A DNA stretch of 52,785 nucleotides from Bacillota bacterium (GCA_012727685.1 JAAYGO010000215.1:1-52785); one strand, 5' to 3'. Shown: positions 28,893 through 38,636, counted from the stretch's first letter. Translations and numbers: made by a program. Notes: generated by a model from the letters alone, not told the origin.

Positions 28893-30098
28893 ATGTTCAT
28901 AATAAACTGGTGGCGCTACTGCCGCGGCTACCTGGTGATCTCGCTGGCCGGAAGCGGGGTAGAGCGGCTGCTCAACATGGCCATTGCCCGGGGCATCGGG
29001 TTTTGGGATTTAAGGAAGCAGCCGGCGGGAGCGCGGCTGTCTATTTCCCTGCACTCATTTAAAGCTTTACGCCCCTTGGTCCGCCAGGCCCACTGCCGCC
29101 TCCATATTCTGCGCAAAGTGGGGCTGCCTTTCTGGAGCTACCGGCTCCGCCGCCGCTGGGGCCTGGTGCTGGGGATCATCTTTTTTTGCCTCTCCCTTTA
29201 TATTGCCACTTCGCTGGTCTGGTTTGTCCGCGTTACCGGCACCGGAGAGCTCACCGAAGCGGAGGTCAGGGCAATGGCTGCGGAGCTGGGCCTTCGCCCC
29301 GGCGTATGGAAGCGGAACCTGGATTTAAGCGAGCTGGAGGAAGAGCTGGCGCGCCGCCACGGAGAGATTGCCTGGGCCGGGATCAGGGTGCGGGGGACGG
29401 TGCTGGAAATTGAAATTGTGGAACATCTCCCCGAGCCCGGGTTGGACAATCGCCCCGCGGACCTGGTGGCGGCCAAGGACGGCCTGATCTTGCGGATCCT
29501 GGCCCTGGAAGGAACGGCTGCCGTGGCCCCCGGGGATACGGTGGCCAAAGGCGATCTGTTGATCGCCGGCATGGTGAGCGCACCGGAGACGGCTCCATCC
29601 GGGGAAGAAGAGCTGCCGGTGCAGGAGGTGCGGGCCAGGGGGGTGGTTGAAGCGAGGGTCTGGTACGAGGGAACGGCCCCGGTGATCAAGGAAGAGGTGA
29701 TCGAACACGAAACGGGGCAATCGGTTAGAGGCTGCTTCCTGCAGTGGCCGCGCCATAACAAAAGGCTCCGCCTGTGGGGGGCAGTGGAGAATCCGTATGC
29801 GCATGCCCGGGAGCAGGTCACGAAAACAAGCTGGCGGTGGAGGAATCTTTCACTTCCTGTCGAAGTAGTCACCGTTACCTATCATGAATTGACCTTGGAA
29901 AGGCGCGCCCTTTCGCCTGAACAAGCCCTGGAAAAGGCCCGTTTCGCAGCCCTGAAGCTGACAAGGGCGCAGATTCCGGAGGAAGCCGCCGTGGAAAGGG
30001 TATACTACCAGGAATATACCGACGAGGGGCGCGAGCGGGTCCGGGCAGTAGTGGAAACAAGAGAAAATATCGCTGCGATCCGGTTGCGGCAGCCATGA
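28893..30098 (+). CDS. yqfD: Sporulation protein YqfD
   Basis: About 400 aa with one central TM. Follows yqfC. N-terminal GYLVISLAGSGVERLLNMA is typical of YqfD. Confidence 0.85.
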   Translation: MFIINWWRYCRGYLVISLAGSGVERLLNMAIARGIGFWDLRKQPAGARLSISLHSFKALRPLVRQAHCRLHILRKVGLPFWSYRLRRRWGLVLGIIFFCLSLYIATSLVWFVRVTGTGELTEAEVRAMAAELGLRPGVWKRNLDLSELEEELARRHGEIAWAGIRVRGTVLEIEIVEHLPEPGLDNRPADLVAAKDGLILRILALEGTAAVAPGDTVAKGDLLIAGMVSAPETAPSGEEELPVQEVRARGVVEARVWYEGTAPVIKEEVIEHETGQSVRGCFLQWPRHNKRLRLWGAVENPYAHAREQVTKTSWRWRNLSLPVEVVTVTYHELTLERRALSPEQALEKARFAALKLTRAQIPEEAAVERVYYQEYTDEGRERVRAVVETRENIAAIRLRQP

Positions 30099-31111
30099 AG
30101 GGCCGGATCCTGTTGCGGAGGTTGAGGCACTTTTTGAATGCAAAGTTGACAAGCCGTACGGTTTTGCTGAACAGCGGTGATGAAGCGGTGCAACTGCTGG
30201 GGAAATTCGATCAGCATTTCGCATTAATTGAGGATCAATTTGCGGTCCGCCTCATTCCCCGGGGGCACGAGCTGATCCTCGAAGGGCCGGAGGAAGAAGT
30301 GGAGCCGCTCTACCAGATGTTCCAGGAGCTGTTGAAGCAGATTCGCAAAGGCCATTTGTTCAGCGGCCGGGAATTTGAATACGCCCTCAAGCTGACCCGG
30401 GAAGGCGACGTGGAACAGTTAAAGGAGCTATTCAGCGATCTGATCCTGGTGACACCGCGCGGCAGGCAGATCCGCCCGAAAACGTTCGGGCAGAAGCGCT
30501 ACCTGGAGGCGATTCGCAGCCATGATATCGTGCTCTGCATCGGTCCGGCCGGCACGGGAAAGACCTACCTGGCCCTGGCCATGGCGGTGGAGGCTTTAAA
30601 AAACAAGCAGGTGCAGCGGATCATTTTAACCCGCCCCGCCGTGGAAGCGGGAGAGCACCTCGGTTTTTTACCGGGCGATTTTCAGGAAAAGGTCGATCCC
30701 TACTTGAGGCCCCTCTACGATGGGCTCTACGATCTCCTTGGCGTTGAACTATTCCAAAAGTATCGGGAAAGGGGTATAATTGAAGTGGCGCCCCTGGCTT
30801 ATATGCGGGGGCGTACGCTTGATGACTCTTTCGTGATTTTAGATGAGGGGCAGAATGCCACCTCGGAGCAGATGAAAATGTTTTTAACCCGTCTCGGCTT
30901 CGACTCCAAGGCGGTCGTCACCGGTGACATTACGCAGGTCGATCTGCCCCGGGGTCGTTATTCCGGCCTGGAAGAGGCGGCCCGGATTTTGGCGCCCATT
31001 GAAGGGATCGCCCTGGTTTACCTGACCGAAAAAGATGTGGTGCGCCATCCGCTGGTGCAGAATATTATTAAAGCATACGAGCAATACGAAGGTCTTAAGG
31101 AGAAGAAATAA
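30095..31111 (+). CDS. phoH: PhoH-family ATPase
   Basis: Walker A GPAGTGKTYLA, DEGQN, GDITQVDLP. ATGA overlap with the yqfD stop. Confidence 0.9.
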   Translation: MKGRILLRRLRHFLNAKLTSRTVLLNSGDEAVQLLGKFDQHFALIEDQFAVRLIPRGHELILEGPEEEVEPLYQMFQELLKQIRKGHLFSGREFEYALKLTREGDVEQLKELFSDLILVTPRGRQIRPKTFGQKRYLEAIRSHDIVLCIGPAGTGKTYLALAMAVEALKNKQVQRIILTRPAVEAGEHLGFLPGDFQEKVDPYLRPLYDGLYDLLGVELFQKYRERGIIEVAPLAYMRGRTLDDSFVILDEGQNATSEQMKMFLTRLGFDSKAVVTGDITQVDLPRGRYSGLEEAARILAPIEGIALVYLTEKDVVRHPLVQNIIKAYEQYEGLKEKK

Positions 31112-31114
31112 TTA

Positions 31115-33223
31115 ATGAAAAAAGCGATGGGCTTTAGGGCCCGGCTGAAAAAGCTTTTCCCTGCGATCAGGGATATCCGGCTGCAGAGGCTATTGCTGTC
31201 TGCCCTTATTTTTGCCGTCCTTTACCTGCTGCTGGCCTTTGCCGGCATGCCCACCAGGGTGAACCTGGAACTGGGCCGCCCGAGCACGGAAACGATCTAT
31301 GCGCCCCGCGATTTTATCGATGAATATACCACGGAGCAGTTGCGCGAGGCCGCTGCCGCGGCGGTGCCGGAGGTTTATGATTACGACCCGGATATTTTGG
31401 CGAATGCGCTTTCCTTCCTAAACGTTTTTTTTGAAACGGCACAACAGTTGGTCAAGGATGAAGAGCTGACCGAAGAGGAAAAAATTGACATGCTGGGGGA
31501 TGTACTGGACGAGGAGGTCCCCCGTGCCGCGTTGGCGGCGTTTTTATCCGACAGCGCAACGATGAAAGAGCTGCAGGAGCGGCTCGTGGGAGCGGTTACC
31601 ACGGTATTTGAGCAGGGCATCAAGGTCAATGAGGTGGGGACAGCCAGGCGGGAACTGAACCAGGAAATTGCCCTCTTCCCCTTTAGCGCCGATTTAAAAC
31701 TGGTCGCGGAAAGGCTGGTTGAAAACCGGGTGGAACCCAACCTGATTTATAACCCGGAAGCGACAGCGCTAAAGCGGGAGGCCGCCCGCCAGGCCGTCGA
31801 ACCGGTTTTAATCCTGCGCAATACCCTGCTGATCAGCGAAGGGGAAGTGGTGACCGAAAAACAGATGGCCCAACTGGAGAGCCTGGGTTTGATCCGGGGG
31901 CGGCACGCCGATTATCCGGCCTTTATCGGACTCTTTCTATTATTGCTAATTCTTTTTGTCATTTCGAGCATATATTTGAAAATATTTGTTAAAAATGTAT
32001 ATGATAGCCTGTCGCTGTTGACGCTGCTCGGGCTTGTCGTAATCGTCAACCTGGTATTTTCGATCCTGACCATGTACCTTTCCGGCTATCTCATGCCCGT
32101 GGCCATGGGCGTGCTGCTGATTACGGTCATCTTCGGCTACAGGCTGGCTGTCCTGATGAACTTGAACTTTGCCCTGCTGGTCGGCTTCATTACCGGCGGC
32201 GATTTTGTCTATATGTTAGTGGCCTTAACCGGGGGCATGGTGGCCATTTACGCGGTCTCCCGGCTCAGCCAGCGCAGCGACCTGGCCAAGGCGGGGCTGT
32301 ACGTGGCCGCGATCAACATGGTGGTGATCACTACTTCGTTCCTGCTTAAGGGAAACTTGAGCCTGGAGTACGGTTTCTTGAAAGAACTGGGGATGGCGCT
32401 GGGGGCCGGGGTCGGCAACGGCCTCTTGTCCGCGGTGGTGGCCATCGGCATGCTCCCCTACCTGGAAAGCGCTTTTGGGGTAACCACGCCGATTACACTG
32501 CTGGAGCTTTCCAGCCCCAATCATGCCCTGCTCCGTGAACTTTTGCGCAAGGCGCCGGGCACCTATTATCATAGCATGATGGTCTGCAACCTGGCCGAGG
32601 CGGCGGCCGAGGCGGTCAAGGCCAATCCGCTGCTCACCCGGGTCGGTGCCTATTACCATGATATCGGCAAAATGAAGCGGCCCTACTTCTTTTCTGAGAA
32701 CCAGCTTTCGGGGGAAAATCCGCATGACAAGATTTCCCCGAACCTGAGCGCCCTGATCATCGGGGCCCATGTGAAGGACGGGCTGGAGTATGCAAGGAAA
32801 TACCGCCTGCCCCGCGTCATCCGGGATATTATCCAGCAGCACCACGGCACGAGCCTGATCTCCTTCTTCTACCAGCGGGCCGTGGAGCAAAACGGGGCGG
32901 ATAAAGTCGCGATTGAGAATTTCCGCTACGAAGGACCGCTGCCGCAGAGCAAGGAGGCGGCGATCATCATGCTGGCCGACGCGGTTGAAGCCGGCGTGCG
33001 CTCCCTCTCCAAGCCGACCGGCAACCGGGTCGAACTTTTGATCCGGCGGATCATCAAGGATAAGCTGAGCGACGGGCAAATGGATCAGTGCGACCTGACT
33101 TTAAAAGAGCTGGACCAGATTGGCAACGCCTTTGTCCATATCATGTCCGGGATCTATCATACGCGGGTCGAATACCCGGAGAAAGACCTGCGGGCGGAAA
33201 TTGAAAGGAGCGCCGCCAGGTGA
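31115..33223 (+). CDS. pgpH: 7TM-HD membrane phosphohydrolase (YqfF/PgpH-like, putative c-di-AMP phosphodiesterase)
   Basis: N-terminal extracellular domain, seven TM helices, C-terminal HD domain (HSMMV...YYHDIGK...QQHHGT). Confidence 0.85.
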   Translation: MKKAMGFRARLKKLFPAIRDIRLQRLLLSALIFAVLYLLLAFAGMPTRVNLELGRPSTETIYAPRDFIDEYTTEQLREAAAAAVPEVYDYDPDILANALSFLNVFFETAQQLVKDEELTEEEKIDMLGDVLDEEVPRAALAAFLSDSATMKELQERLVGAVTTVFEQGIKVNEVGTARRELNQEIALFPFSADLKLVAERLVENRVEPNLIYNPEATALKREAARQAVEPVLILRNTLLISEGEVVTEKQMAQLESLGLIRGRHADYPAFIGLFLLLLILFVISSIYLKIFVKNVYDSLSLLTLLGLVVIVNLVFSILTMYLSGYLMPVAMGVLLITVIFGYRLAVLMNLNFALLVGFITGGDFVYMLVALTGGMVAIYAVSRLSQRSDLAKAGLYVAAINMVVITTSFLLKGNLSLEYGFLKELGMALGAGVGNGLLSAVVAIGMLPYLESAFGVTTPITLLELSSPNHALLRELLRKAPGTYYHSMMVCNLAEAAAEAVKANPLLTRVGAYYHDIGKMKRPYFFSENQLSGENPHDKISPNLSALIIGAHVKDGLEYARKYRLPRVIRDIIQQHHGTSLISFFYQRAVEQNGADKVAIENFRYEGPLPQSKEAAIIMLADAVEAGVRSLSKPTGNRVELLIRRIIKDKLSDGQMDQCDLTLKELDQIGNAFVHIMSGIYHTRVEYPEKDLRAEIERSAAR

Positions 33224-33672
33224 GTGTGATCGTGACCAATACTACTGGGCGCGCCCTGGCCGAAGGGCTCGCCACCAGGCTCAAAAAAGCGGCGGAGCTG
33301 CTATTGCGCGAATACAAGCTGGAACAGGCGGAGGTGGGGATCATTCTCGCCGACAACGCCTACCTGCAGCACCTGAACGCCGCCTACCGGGGTCTGGACA
33401 AGCCGACCGATGTTCTCGCTTTCGGATTGATGGAGCCGGCAGAGCAGCCTGCTGCCCATGAACCGGAACCGGCCTTGGGCGATATCTATATCTCCCTCGA
33501 TCTGGCGGCGGAACAGGCCGGTGCGGCGGGCCATTCCCTGGAGCAGGAGATACTGCTCCTGGCCGTGCACGGGATGCTGCACCTGCTTGGCTTTGACCAT
33601 GCCGAACCGGCGGAGGAAAAGGCGATGCAGGAGAAAGAGAGAGCCGTGCTCCGCCTGGTAGATAAGCTTTAG
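33220..33672 (+). CDS. ybeY: rRNA maturation endoribonuclease YbeY
   Basis: HGMLHLLGFDH zinc motif; 150 aa. Confidence 0.9.
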   Translation: MSVIVTNTTGRALAEGLATRLKKAAELLLREYKLEQAEVGIILADNAYLQHLNAAYRGLDKPTDVLAFGLMEPAEQPAAHEPEPALGDIYISLDLAAEQAGAAGHSLEQEILLLAVHGMLHLLGFDHAEPAEEKAMQEKERAVLRLVDKL

Positions 33673-33682
33673 GAGGAAGTAA

Positions 33683-34045
33683 ATGCGTCAGATGGTGCGT
33701 AGTTTTAGAGATGCCTTTGCCGGGCTTTTCTACTGTTTCGCCACCCAGCGCAATATGACCATCCATGCGGCCATCGGTGCAGCGGTGCTTTTACTTGCCT
33801 TTGTGCTGAAGGTGCCGCTGCTGGAGATGCTCTTCCTGCTTACGGCGGCAGCGGCGGCGCTCATTGCGGAAGCTTTTAATACCGCCCTGGAAAAAGCGGT
33901 GGATGTGGCGACCAGGGAAAAAAATGACCTGGCGCACATTGCCAAGGATGTGGCGGCGGGGGCAGTCCTCTTAACTTCAGTTTACGCCGCGGTGGTCGTA
34001 GTGATTATTTTGGGTCCGCGGCTTTGGCGGCTGCTGTTGCGTTAA
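33683..34045 (+). CDS. dgkA: Diacylglycerol/undecaprenol kinase DgkA
   Basis: 120 aa, three TM helices, FNTALE...AKD motifs. Confidence 0.85.
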   Translation: MRQMVRSFRDAFAGLFYCFATQRNMTIHAAIGAAVLLLAFVLKVPLLEMLFLLTAAAAALIAEAFNTALEKAVDVATREKNDLAHIAKDVAAGAVLLTSVYAAVVVVIILGPRLWRLLLR

Positions 34046-34050
34046 AAATT

Positions 34051-34070
34051 AAAGATTGTTAACAATCTTT
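34051..34070. promoter_or_regulatory. Perfect 20-bp palindrome AAAGATTGTT/AACAATCTTT
   Basis: Exact inverted repeat 5 nt after the dgkA stop. Could be a terminator hairpin (8-bp stem, TTAA loop, weak T tail) or an operator ahead of the DUF881 gene. Confidence 0.4.
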
Positions 34071-34149
34071 CCAAATATTTAATACCGGAATTATTTTTTC
34101 GTGCGATAATTATTATAGATAGAACATGGACAGTCGGGGGGGCGACAGA

Positions 34150-35202
34150 ATGATTCGCAAAGAGCCTGCTTTTAGGCTCAAACCTTACCGGATCATCATC
34201 GTGATCTTGCTGCTAGTCAATACTGCTCTGGTTGTTTGGGCTTTGTATTTATTGCAGGGGATGTTTCCCAGCAGCGCCACCCGCTTTGGCTATAAACAAG
34301 AAGTCGCACAAGATCTGGCTGCATACAACCAGCGCCTGGCGACCGATTTAAATGTGCTTGATCGCAAGGAGGTTAAGGAGGCCCTGGCGACATTTAATTA
34401 CGATATCGCCATGGCGTCGACCAGCGACGAACTGACCCAGGTGATCTTGAACCATGGCCGCCGGGTCCAGGAGATCATCCTGCGGGAAGCGGAAAACAAG
34501 CTTTTAGACCAGTTGCTGGCCGTGGTGAACCAGGATGCGAATGTCCGGGCCATCGTGGATAGGACTTATTTGAAGGTGAACGTAACCGATCAGGAGATCA
34601 CCACCGTCCCCAATGGGATTCTGCTGCCCGCCACTATCAGCCAGATGGAGCAGCTATTGCCGCCCGACCGGGCCTTATCGCAGCAGTCCATCGATATTGA
34701 AATAGCGGAAGGTGTGGGGCGCTTTGCTGTGCCGTATAACCCGGTGGAGCACATCCAGAGCCTATCCGACGAGCTGGACGCGCTGCGGGTCAAGCACCAT
34801 GAACTCCGGGTGGCGACGGGGCTGGCGGAGATGAGCGGCGAGGGCATCGTGATACACCTCTACGACAAAGTCGGGGGGACCACCACCGCTTCCATTATTC
34901 ATGATACCGATATCCGGGATGTGGTGAACGAGCTGTTCGCCTCGGGGGCACAGGGTGTAAGCGTGGGAGGGGAACGGTTGATCGTAACCTCCTCGATCCG
35001 CTGCACCGGTCCCTTGATTAAAGTGAATGACAAGCTGATCAGCGTCAACCCGGTCGAGATCCAGGCGGTGGGCGATCCGAATCTGCTGGTCAGCGGTTTG
35101 GATATCATTCGTTCGACCATGGAGCTTAAGCGGGGCCTGCGTTTTGAGATAACCCGTTCCGATTCATTGCAGCTTCCCGCTTATGCGCGCAGCAGCCAGT
35201 AG
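34150..35202 (+). CDS. DUF881-family protein with a long N-terminal extension
   Basis: C-terminal GEGIVIHLYD...IHDTDIRDVVNELFASGAQGVSVGGERL...VGDP resembles DUF881 (YlxW/YlxX type). N-terminal TM. ATG 34150 follows a G-rich RBS; alternative ATG at 34126. Confidence 0.7.
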   Translation: MIRKEPAFRLKPYRIIIVILLLVNTALVVWALYLLQGMFPSSATRFGYKQEVAQDLAAYNQRLATDLNVLDRKEVKEALATFNYDIAMASTSDELTQVILNHGRRVQEIILREAENKLLDQLLAVVNQDANVRAIVDRTYLKVNVTDQEITTVPNGILLPATISQMEQLLPPDRALSQQSIDIEIAEGVGRFAVPYNPVEHIQSLSDELDALRVKHHELRVATGLAEMSGEGIVIHLYDKVGGTTTASIIHDTDIRDVVNELFASGAQGVSVGGERLIVTSSIRCTGPLIKVNDKLISVNPVEIQAVGDPNLLVSGLDIIRSTMELKRGLRFEITRSDSLQLPAYARSSQ

Positions 35203-35251
35203 CTCCTGCCTCGCAGAACATTTAACCGTTTTCGAAAGGGTTTGAACGCCG

Positions 35252-36073
35252 ATGTTCAGCAATCAAGCTTTGCTGGCCGCAGCCCGGGCCGCCCGGGAGA
35301 GGGCTTACGCCCCCTATTCCGCTTTTAAAGTGGGCGCCGCCTTGCTGACGGAGGAAGGGCGCCTCTTTACCGGGGCTAATATCGAAAACGCTTCCTATGG
35401 CCTCACCATCTGCGCCGAGCGTACGGCTGTAGCGGCGGCGGTTAACGCCGGCTGCCGGCATTTTAAGCGCATCGCCATCGTTGCCGATTGCGCGCCGCCG
35501 CCGGCGCCCTGCGGCGCCTGCAGGCAGGTCCTGGCGGAACTGGCACCGCGGATTGACGTGGTAATGGGCAACCTGCACGGGGCCGTTGTGGAGCACAACC
35601 TTGCCGTGCTGCTGCCTGACGCTTTCCGTGCCGATCAGCTTCGACTGGAGGCGGGGGGAGACCCCGCCGAGGCGGAAGAGTGGCGCCTGCCGCTCAACAT
35701 GAACCCGATCGGGTATGTGGAAAACGACTTTCGCGAACCGCGCGCTGTCCCTAAGAATTACCGCGAGCTGCTCTCCCGGATCGTGATCGCCCCGGATCTG
35801 GAGGAAGGCCTCTATCGCATCGAGGAAGAGCCGCGCCTGATCGTCATCGCTTACCTGCACCGCTCGCGGGGGTATGCGCTGAAGGAGGAGCGCCGTGGCC
35901 GGGGCAGTGCCGTGTACGGTGTCTTTGCCTGCCGGACTTCCCAGAGGCCCAACAAGCTGGCGTTAACCGAGGTGGAGCTGGTCAAGCGGGAGGGTAATAT
36001 CCTTACGGTTAGGGGGCTGGACTTGATTAACGGCACCCCGATCCTTGACTTAAAGCCCGTGATCGCCGGGTAA
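35252..36073 (+). CDS. cdd: Cytidine deaminase fused in frame to a TrmO/YaeB-like (UPF0066) domain
   Basis: Residues about 1-128: Cdd (CAERTA, PCGACRQV, LLPDAF). Residues about 147-273: PIGYVENDF, GVFACRTSQRPNKLAL, GLDLINGTPILDLKPV, typical of TrmO. No stop codon between the two parts. Confidence 0.8.
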   Translation: MFSNQALLAAARAARERAYAPYSAFKVGAALLTEEGRLFTGANIENASYGLTICAERTAVAAAVNAGCRHFKRIAIVADCAPPPAPCGACRQVLAELAPRIDVVMGNLHGAVVEHNLAVLLPDAFRADQLRLEAGGDPAEAEEWRLPLNMNPIGYVENDFREPRAVPKNYRELLSRIVIAPDLEEGLYRIEEEPRLIVIAYLHRSRGYALKEERRGRGSAVYGVFACRTSQRPNKLALTEVELVKREGNILTVRGLDLINGTPILDLKPVIAG

Positions 36074-36120
36074 AGGCAGCGCGCGGGAGGGCATACTAGT
36101 TGTCACAGGGATGGCTTTGT

Positions 36121-36399
36121 CACTGAGGCTGTCGCTCCGGTTCGCTCGTTAGATGTGCTGCGGCTCACCGGCGGCCTTCCGCCTGGGCTGCCCTCGACAG
36201 TCGCGCGTCCTGCGCTCCTGTCTCGGCGGCCTGCGAAGTGGGAGGTGAGAGGTGAGAAGTTAGAGGTGAGATCTCATGAATAACAGTAACATGGTCTTTT
36301 TTTCTCACTTCTAACATCTCACTTCCCACTTCTCATCAGCCAGGCCTTGGTTCGCCTGCACATCTAGCCACTCGCTCACAGTCGCTCCAGCTTTCAGTG
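36121..36399. repeat. Long imperfect palindromic low-complexity element (about 280 bp)
   Basis: Termini cactga/tcagtg. Inner pairs agatgtgc (36151-58)/gcacatct (36358-65). Core gagaagttagaggtgaga (36254-71) pairs with tctcacttctaacatctc (36303-20) at 16 of 18 positions. Central loop with a T8 run. Confidence 0.7.
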
Positions 36400-36497
36400 A
36401 TAAATGAAGCAAGGTTTTATAGCCTTGTTGACACCTCCACCAATTTAATAGGGTATTAGAGGCACACTACAACGATTGCACAAAGAGGTAAGTTCGT

Positions 36498-37382
36498 ATG
36501 CACCGTTCCGGCTTCGCAGCGCTTATCGGCAGGCCCAATGTGGGCAAATCGACTTTGCTCAATGCCCTGGCGGGCGAAAAAATCGCCATTGTTACCGATA
36601 AACCGCAAACCACCCGCAACCGCATCCGCGCGGTGTTGACCAGGGATGAAGCCCAGGTGATCTTCATCGATACTCCAGGTTTACATAAACCGAAACACAA
36701 GCTCGGCACAGCCATGGTCCAGGCGGCACGCGCCACCATGCGCGAGGTGGACGTGATCTGCTTTGTGGTGGAGGCGCAGCGCGCTCCCGGCCCCGGTGAT
36801 CGCCATATCGCCGCCCTCTTCGACAAGGGAGCGGCGCCGGTTTTCCTCGTCCTCAATAAAATCGATCTGATCGGACCGCAGGAAATAGAAAAGCAGCTCT
36901 CCCTTTACCGCGAACTTTTTGACTTTGATGCCTGCTTCCCCGTTTCCGCCCTTGCACGGAGCAAGCTGGACGCCCTGGTAGAGGCGGTGATCGCGCGCCT
37001 CCCCGAAGGGCCTCGCTATTACCCGCCGGAGATGATCACCGACCAGCCGGAACGGTTTATTGCCGCGGAAATAATCCGCGAAAAAATGATCAATGCCACC
37101 CGCGATGAAATACCTTTTTCCATCGCCGTTGTTGTTGAAGAAATGAGACCCCGGGAGGGGAAAGAGATCATCGATATCCGGGCCGTTATTTACGTGGAGC
37201 GCCCCTCCCAGGCCGGGATTGTGATCGGCAAGGGGGGCTTTTTGCTCAAGGAAGCCGGCAGTGCGGCGCGAGCGGAGCTGGAGCTGCTGCTGGGACAGCA
37301 GGTTTACCTGGACCTCTGGGTCAAAGTAAAACGCGATTGGCGCAACCGCGAGGGAAGCCTGCAGGAATTCGGGTATTCATAA
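36498..37382 (+). CDS. era: GTPase Era
   Basis: GRPNVGKSTL, DTPG, NKID and a C-terminal KH domain. Confidence 0.95.
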   Translation: MHRSGFAALIGRPNVGKSTLLNALAGEKIAIVTDKPQTTRNRIRAVLTRDEAQVIFIDTPGLHKPKHKLGTAMVQAARATMREVDVICFVVEAQRAPGPGDRHIAALFDKGAAPVFLVLNKIDLIGPQEIEKQLSLYRELFDFDACFPVSALARSKLDALVEAVIARLPEGPRYYPPEMITDQPERFIAAEIIREKMINATRDEIPFSIAVVVEEMRPREGKEIIDIRAVIYVERPSQAGIVIGKGGFLLKEAGSAARAELELLLGQQVYLDLWVKVKRDWRNREGSLQEFGYS

Positions 37383-37405
37383 TCATAAAGGGAAGAGAAA
37401 AGAGA

Positions 37406-38134
37406 ATGGCCGATAGAACTTTTAAAACCGATGCGCTGGTCCTGCTCAGCCGGCCCCTCGGAGAAGCGGATCGCCTCATCACCCTGCTCACCTGGGAGCG
37501 GGGCAAAATTTCGGCCGTAGCCCGGGGCGCCCGTAAAACGAAAAGCAAGCTCGCCGCCGGCGTGGACCTTTTTACTTATGGCCAGTACATCTTATACCAG
37601 GGGCGCGGACTGGCCACCATCACCGGCCAGCAGGTAAAGGAACATTTTCAGTATTTTCGGGGAGATGTAGCCCTCTATCCCTTTGGCCTTTACCTGGCCG
37701 AGTTGACCGGAAAAGCCATTAGCGGTGAAGAACCGTGCCGCCCTGTCTGCCACCTGTTACTGGAAGGATGGCGCTTGCTGGGAGAAGATCTTGACCGGGA
37801 ACTGCTCTGCCGGGCTTTTGAACTGAAACTGGCGGATCTGCTCGGCTACCGCCCCAACCTGAACGGCTGCTTCCTTTGCGGTTCGCCGGAGACCGCCTGG
37901 TTCAACCAGGCCCATGGCAGCCTGACCTGTAAACAGTGCGGTGGCGGCGGCGTGAGGGTGGCTCCGGATACTGTGGCGCTGGCCGTCAGGCTGCTGGAGG
38001 CCCCCTTAAGGCAGGTGCGGCTGCTCCGTGCCCTCTCCCGCCAAAAGGAAGAACTTGCCGGCCTCACCGGGAGCTTTTTAAAATACCATCTCGAAATCGA
38101 CAGCTTGCGTTCCCTGCGCTTTTTCAGGGATTGA
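37406..38134 (+). CDS. recO: DNA repair protein RecO
   Basis: The N-terminal OB region DALVLLSRPLGEADR is typical. CxxC...CxxC zinc motif (CFLCG...CKQCG). Follows era. ATG 37406. Confidence 0.9.
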   Translation: MADRTFKTDALVLLSRPLGEADRLITLLTWERGKISAVARGARKTKSKLAAGVDLFTYGQYILYQGRGLATITGQQVKEHFQYFRGDVALYPFGLYLAELTGKAISGEEPCRPVCHLLLEGWRLLGEDLDRELLCRAFELKLADLLGYRPNLNGCFLCGSPETAWFNQAHGSLTCKQCGGGGVRVAPDTVALAVRLLEAPLRQVRLLRALSRQKEELAGLTGSFLKYHLEIDSLRSLRFFRD

Positions 38135-38231
38135 AACAGTCGGGACAGGTCAGAATAAAGCCGATCCTCCATGCGGATAAAAGCCTCCGCAGATCGTTAA
38201 AATAAGACTAAAAAGGAGGCTCGCAAACGCC

Positions 38232-38636
38232 ATGGAGATTCCGCTGGATGCCATTGAAGCTCTGCGCGCGAGGGTGAACTTGACTTATCGCCAGGCCAGG
38301 GACCTGCTGGAGGAAACCGGGGGCGACCTGGTTGAAGCATTGATCTATCTGGAAGAGAACAAGGAAAAATTTATTGATCAGGCGGCCGGCCGGGGCAGGG
38401 AGTTTGTCCATCAAGCCCGCCATCTTGCCAGCCGGCTGCACCATACCAGGGTCAAGGTCAAGGTCAAGGATAAGACCTTGCTGGAGTTGCCGGTCACGGT
38501 GACCGCCCTGGGAGCGGCGGTTTTTCCCAAGGTGGCCGCTTTGGGCATGATCGGGCTGCTCCTTTCGCGCGGTTCGATCGAGGTGAAGGGAGACCAGGCT
38601 ACAGAGACGGAGCCGGAAGCGGACAAGAGCCGGTGA
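38232..38636 (+). CDS. DUF4342-like protein with an N-terminal UBA/TS-N-like domain
   Basis: AIEALRARVNLTYRQARDLLEETGGDLVEALIYLEEN is like the EF-Ts N-terminal/UBA fold. AAAGGAGG RBS. Confidence 0.65.
   Translation: MEIPLDAIEALRARVNLTYRQARDLLEETGGDLVEALIYLEENKEKFIDQAAGRGREFVHQARHLASRLHHTRVKVKVKDKTLLELPVTVTALGAAVFPKVAALGMIGLLLSRGSIEVKGDQATETEPEADKSR

Noticed and set aside
35222-35860. 212-aa minus-strand ORF opposite the cdd-trmO fusion
   Set aside because: It is antisense to a CDS with strong Cdd and TrmO motifs. The product is Arg/Gly/Ala-rich with no RBS.
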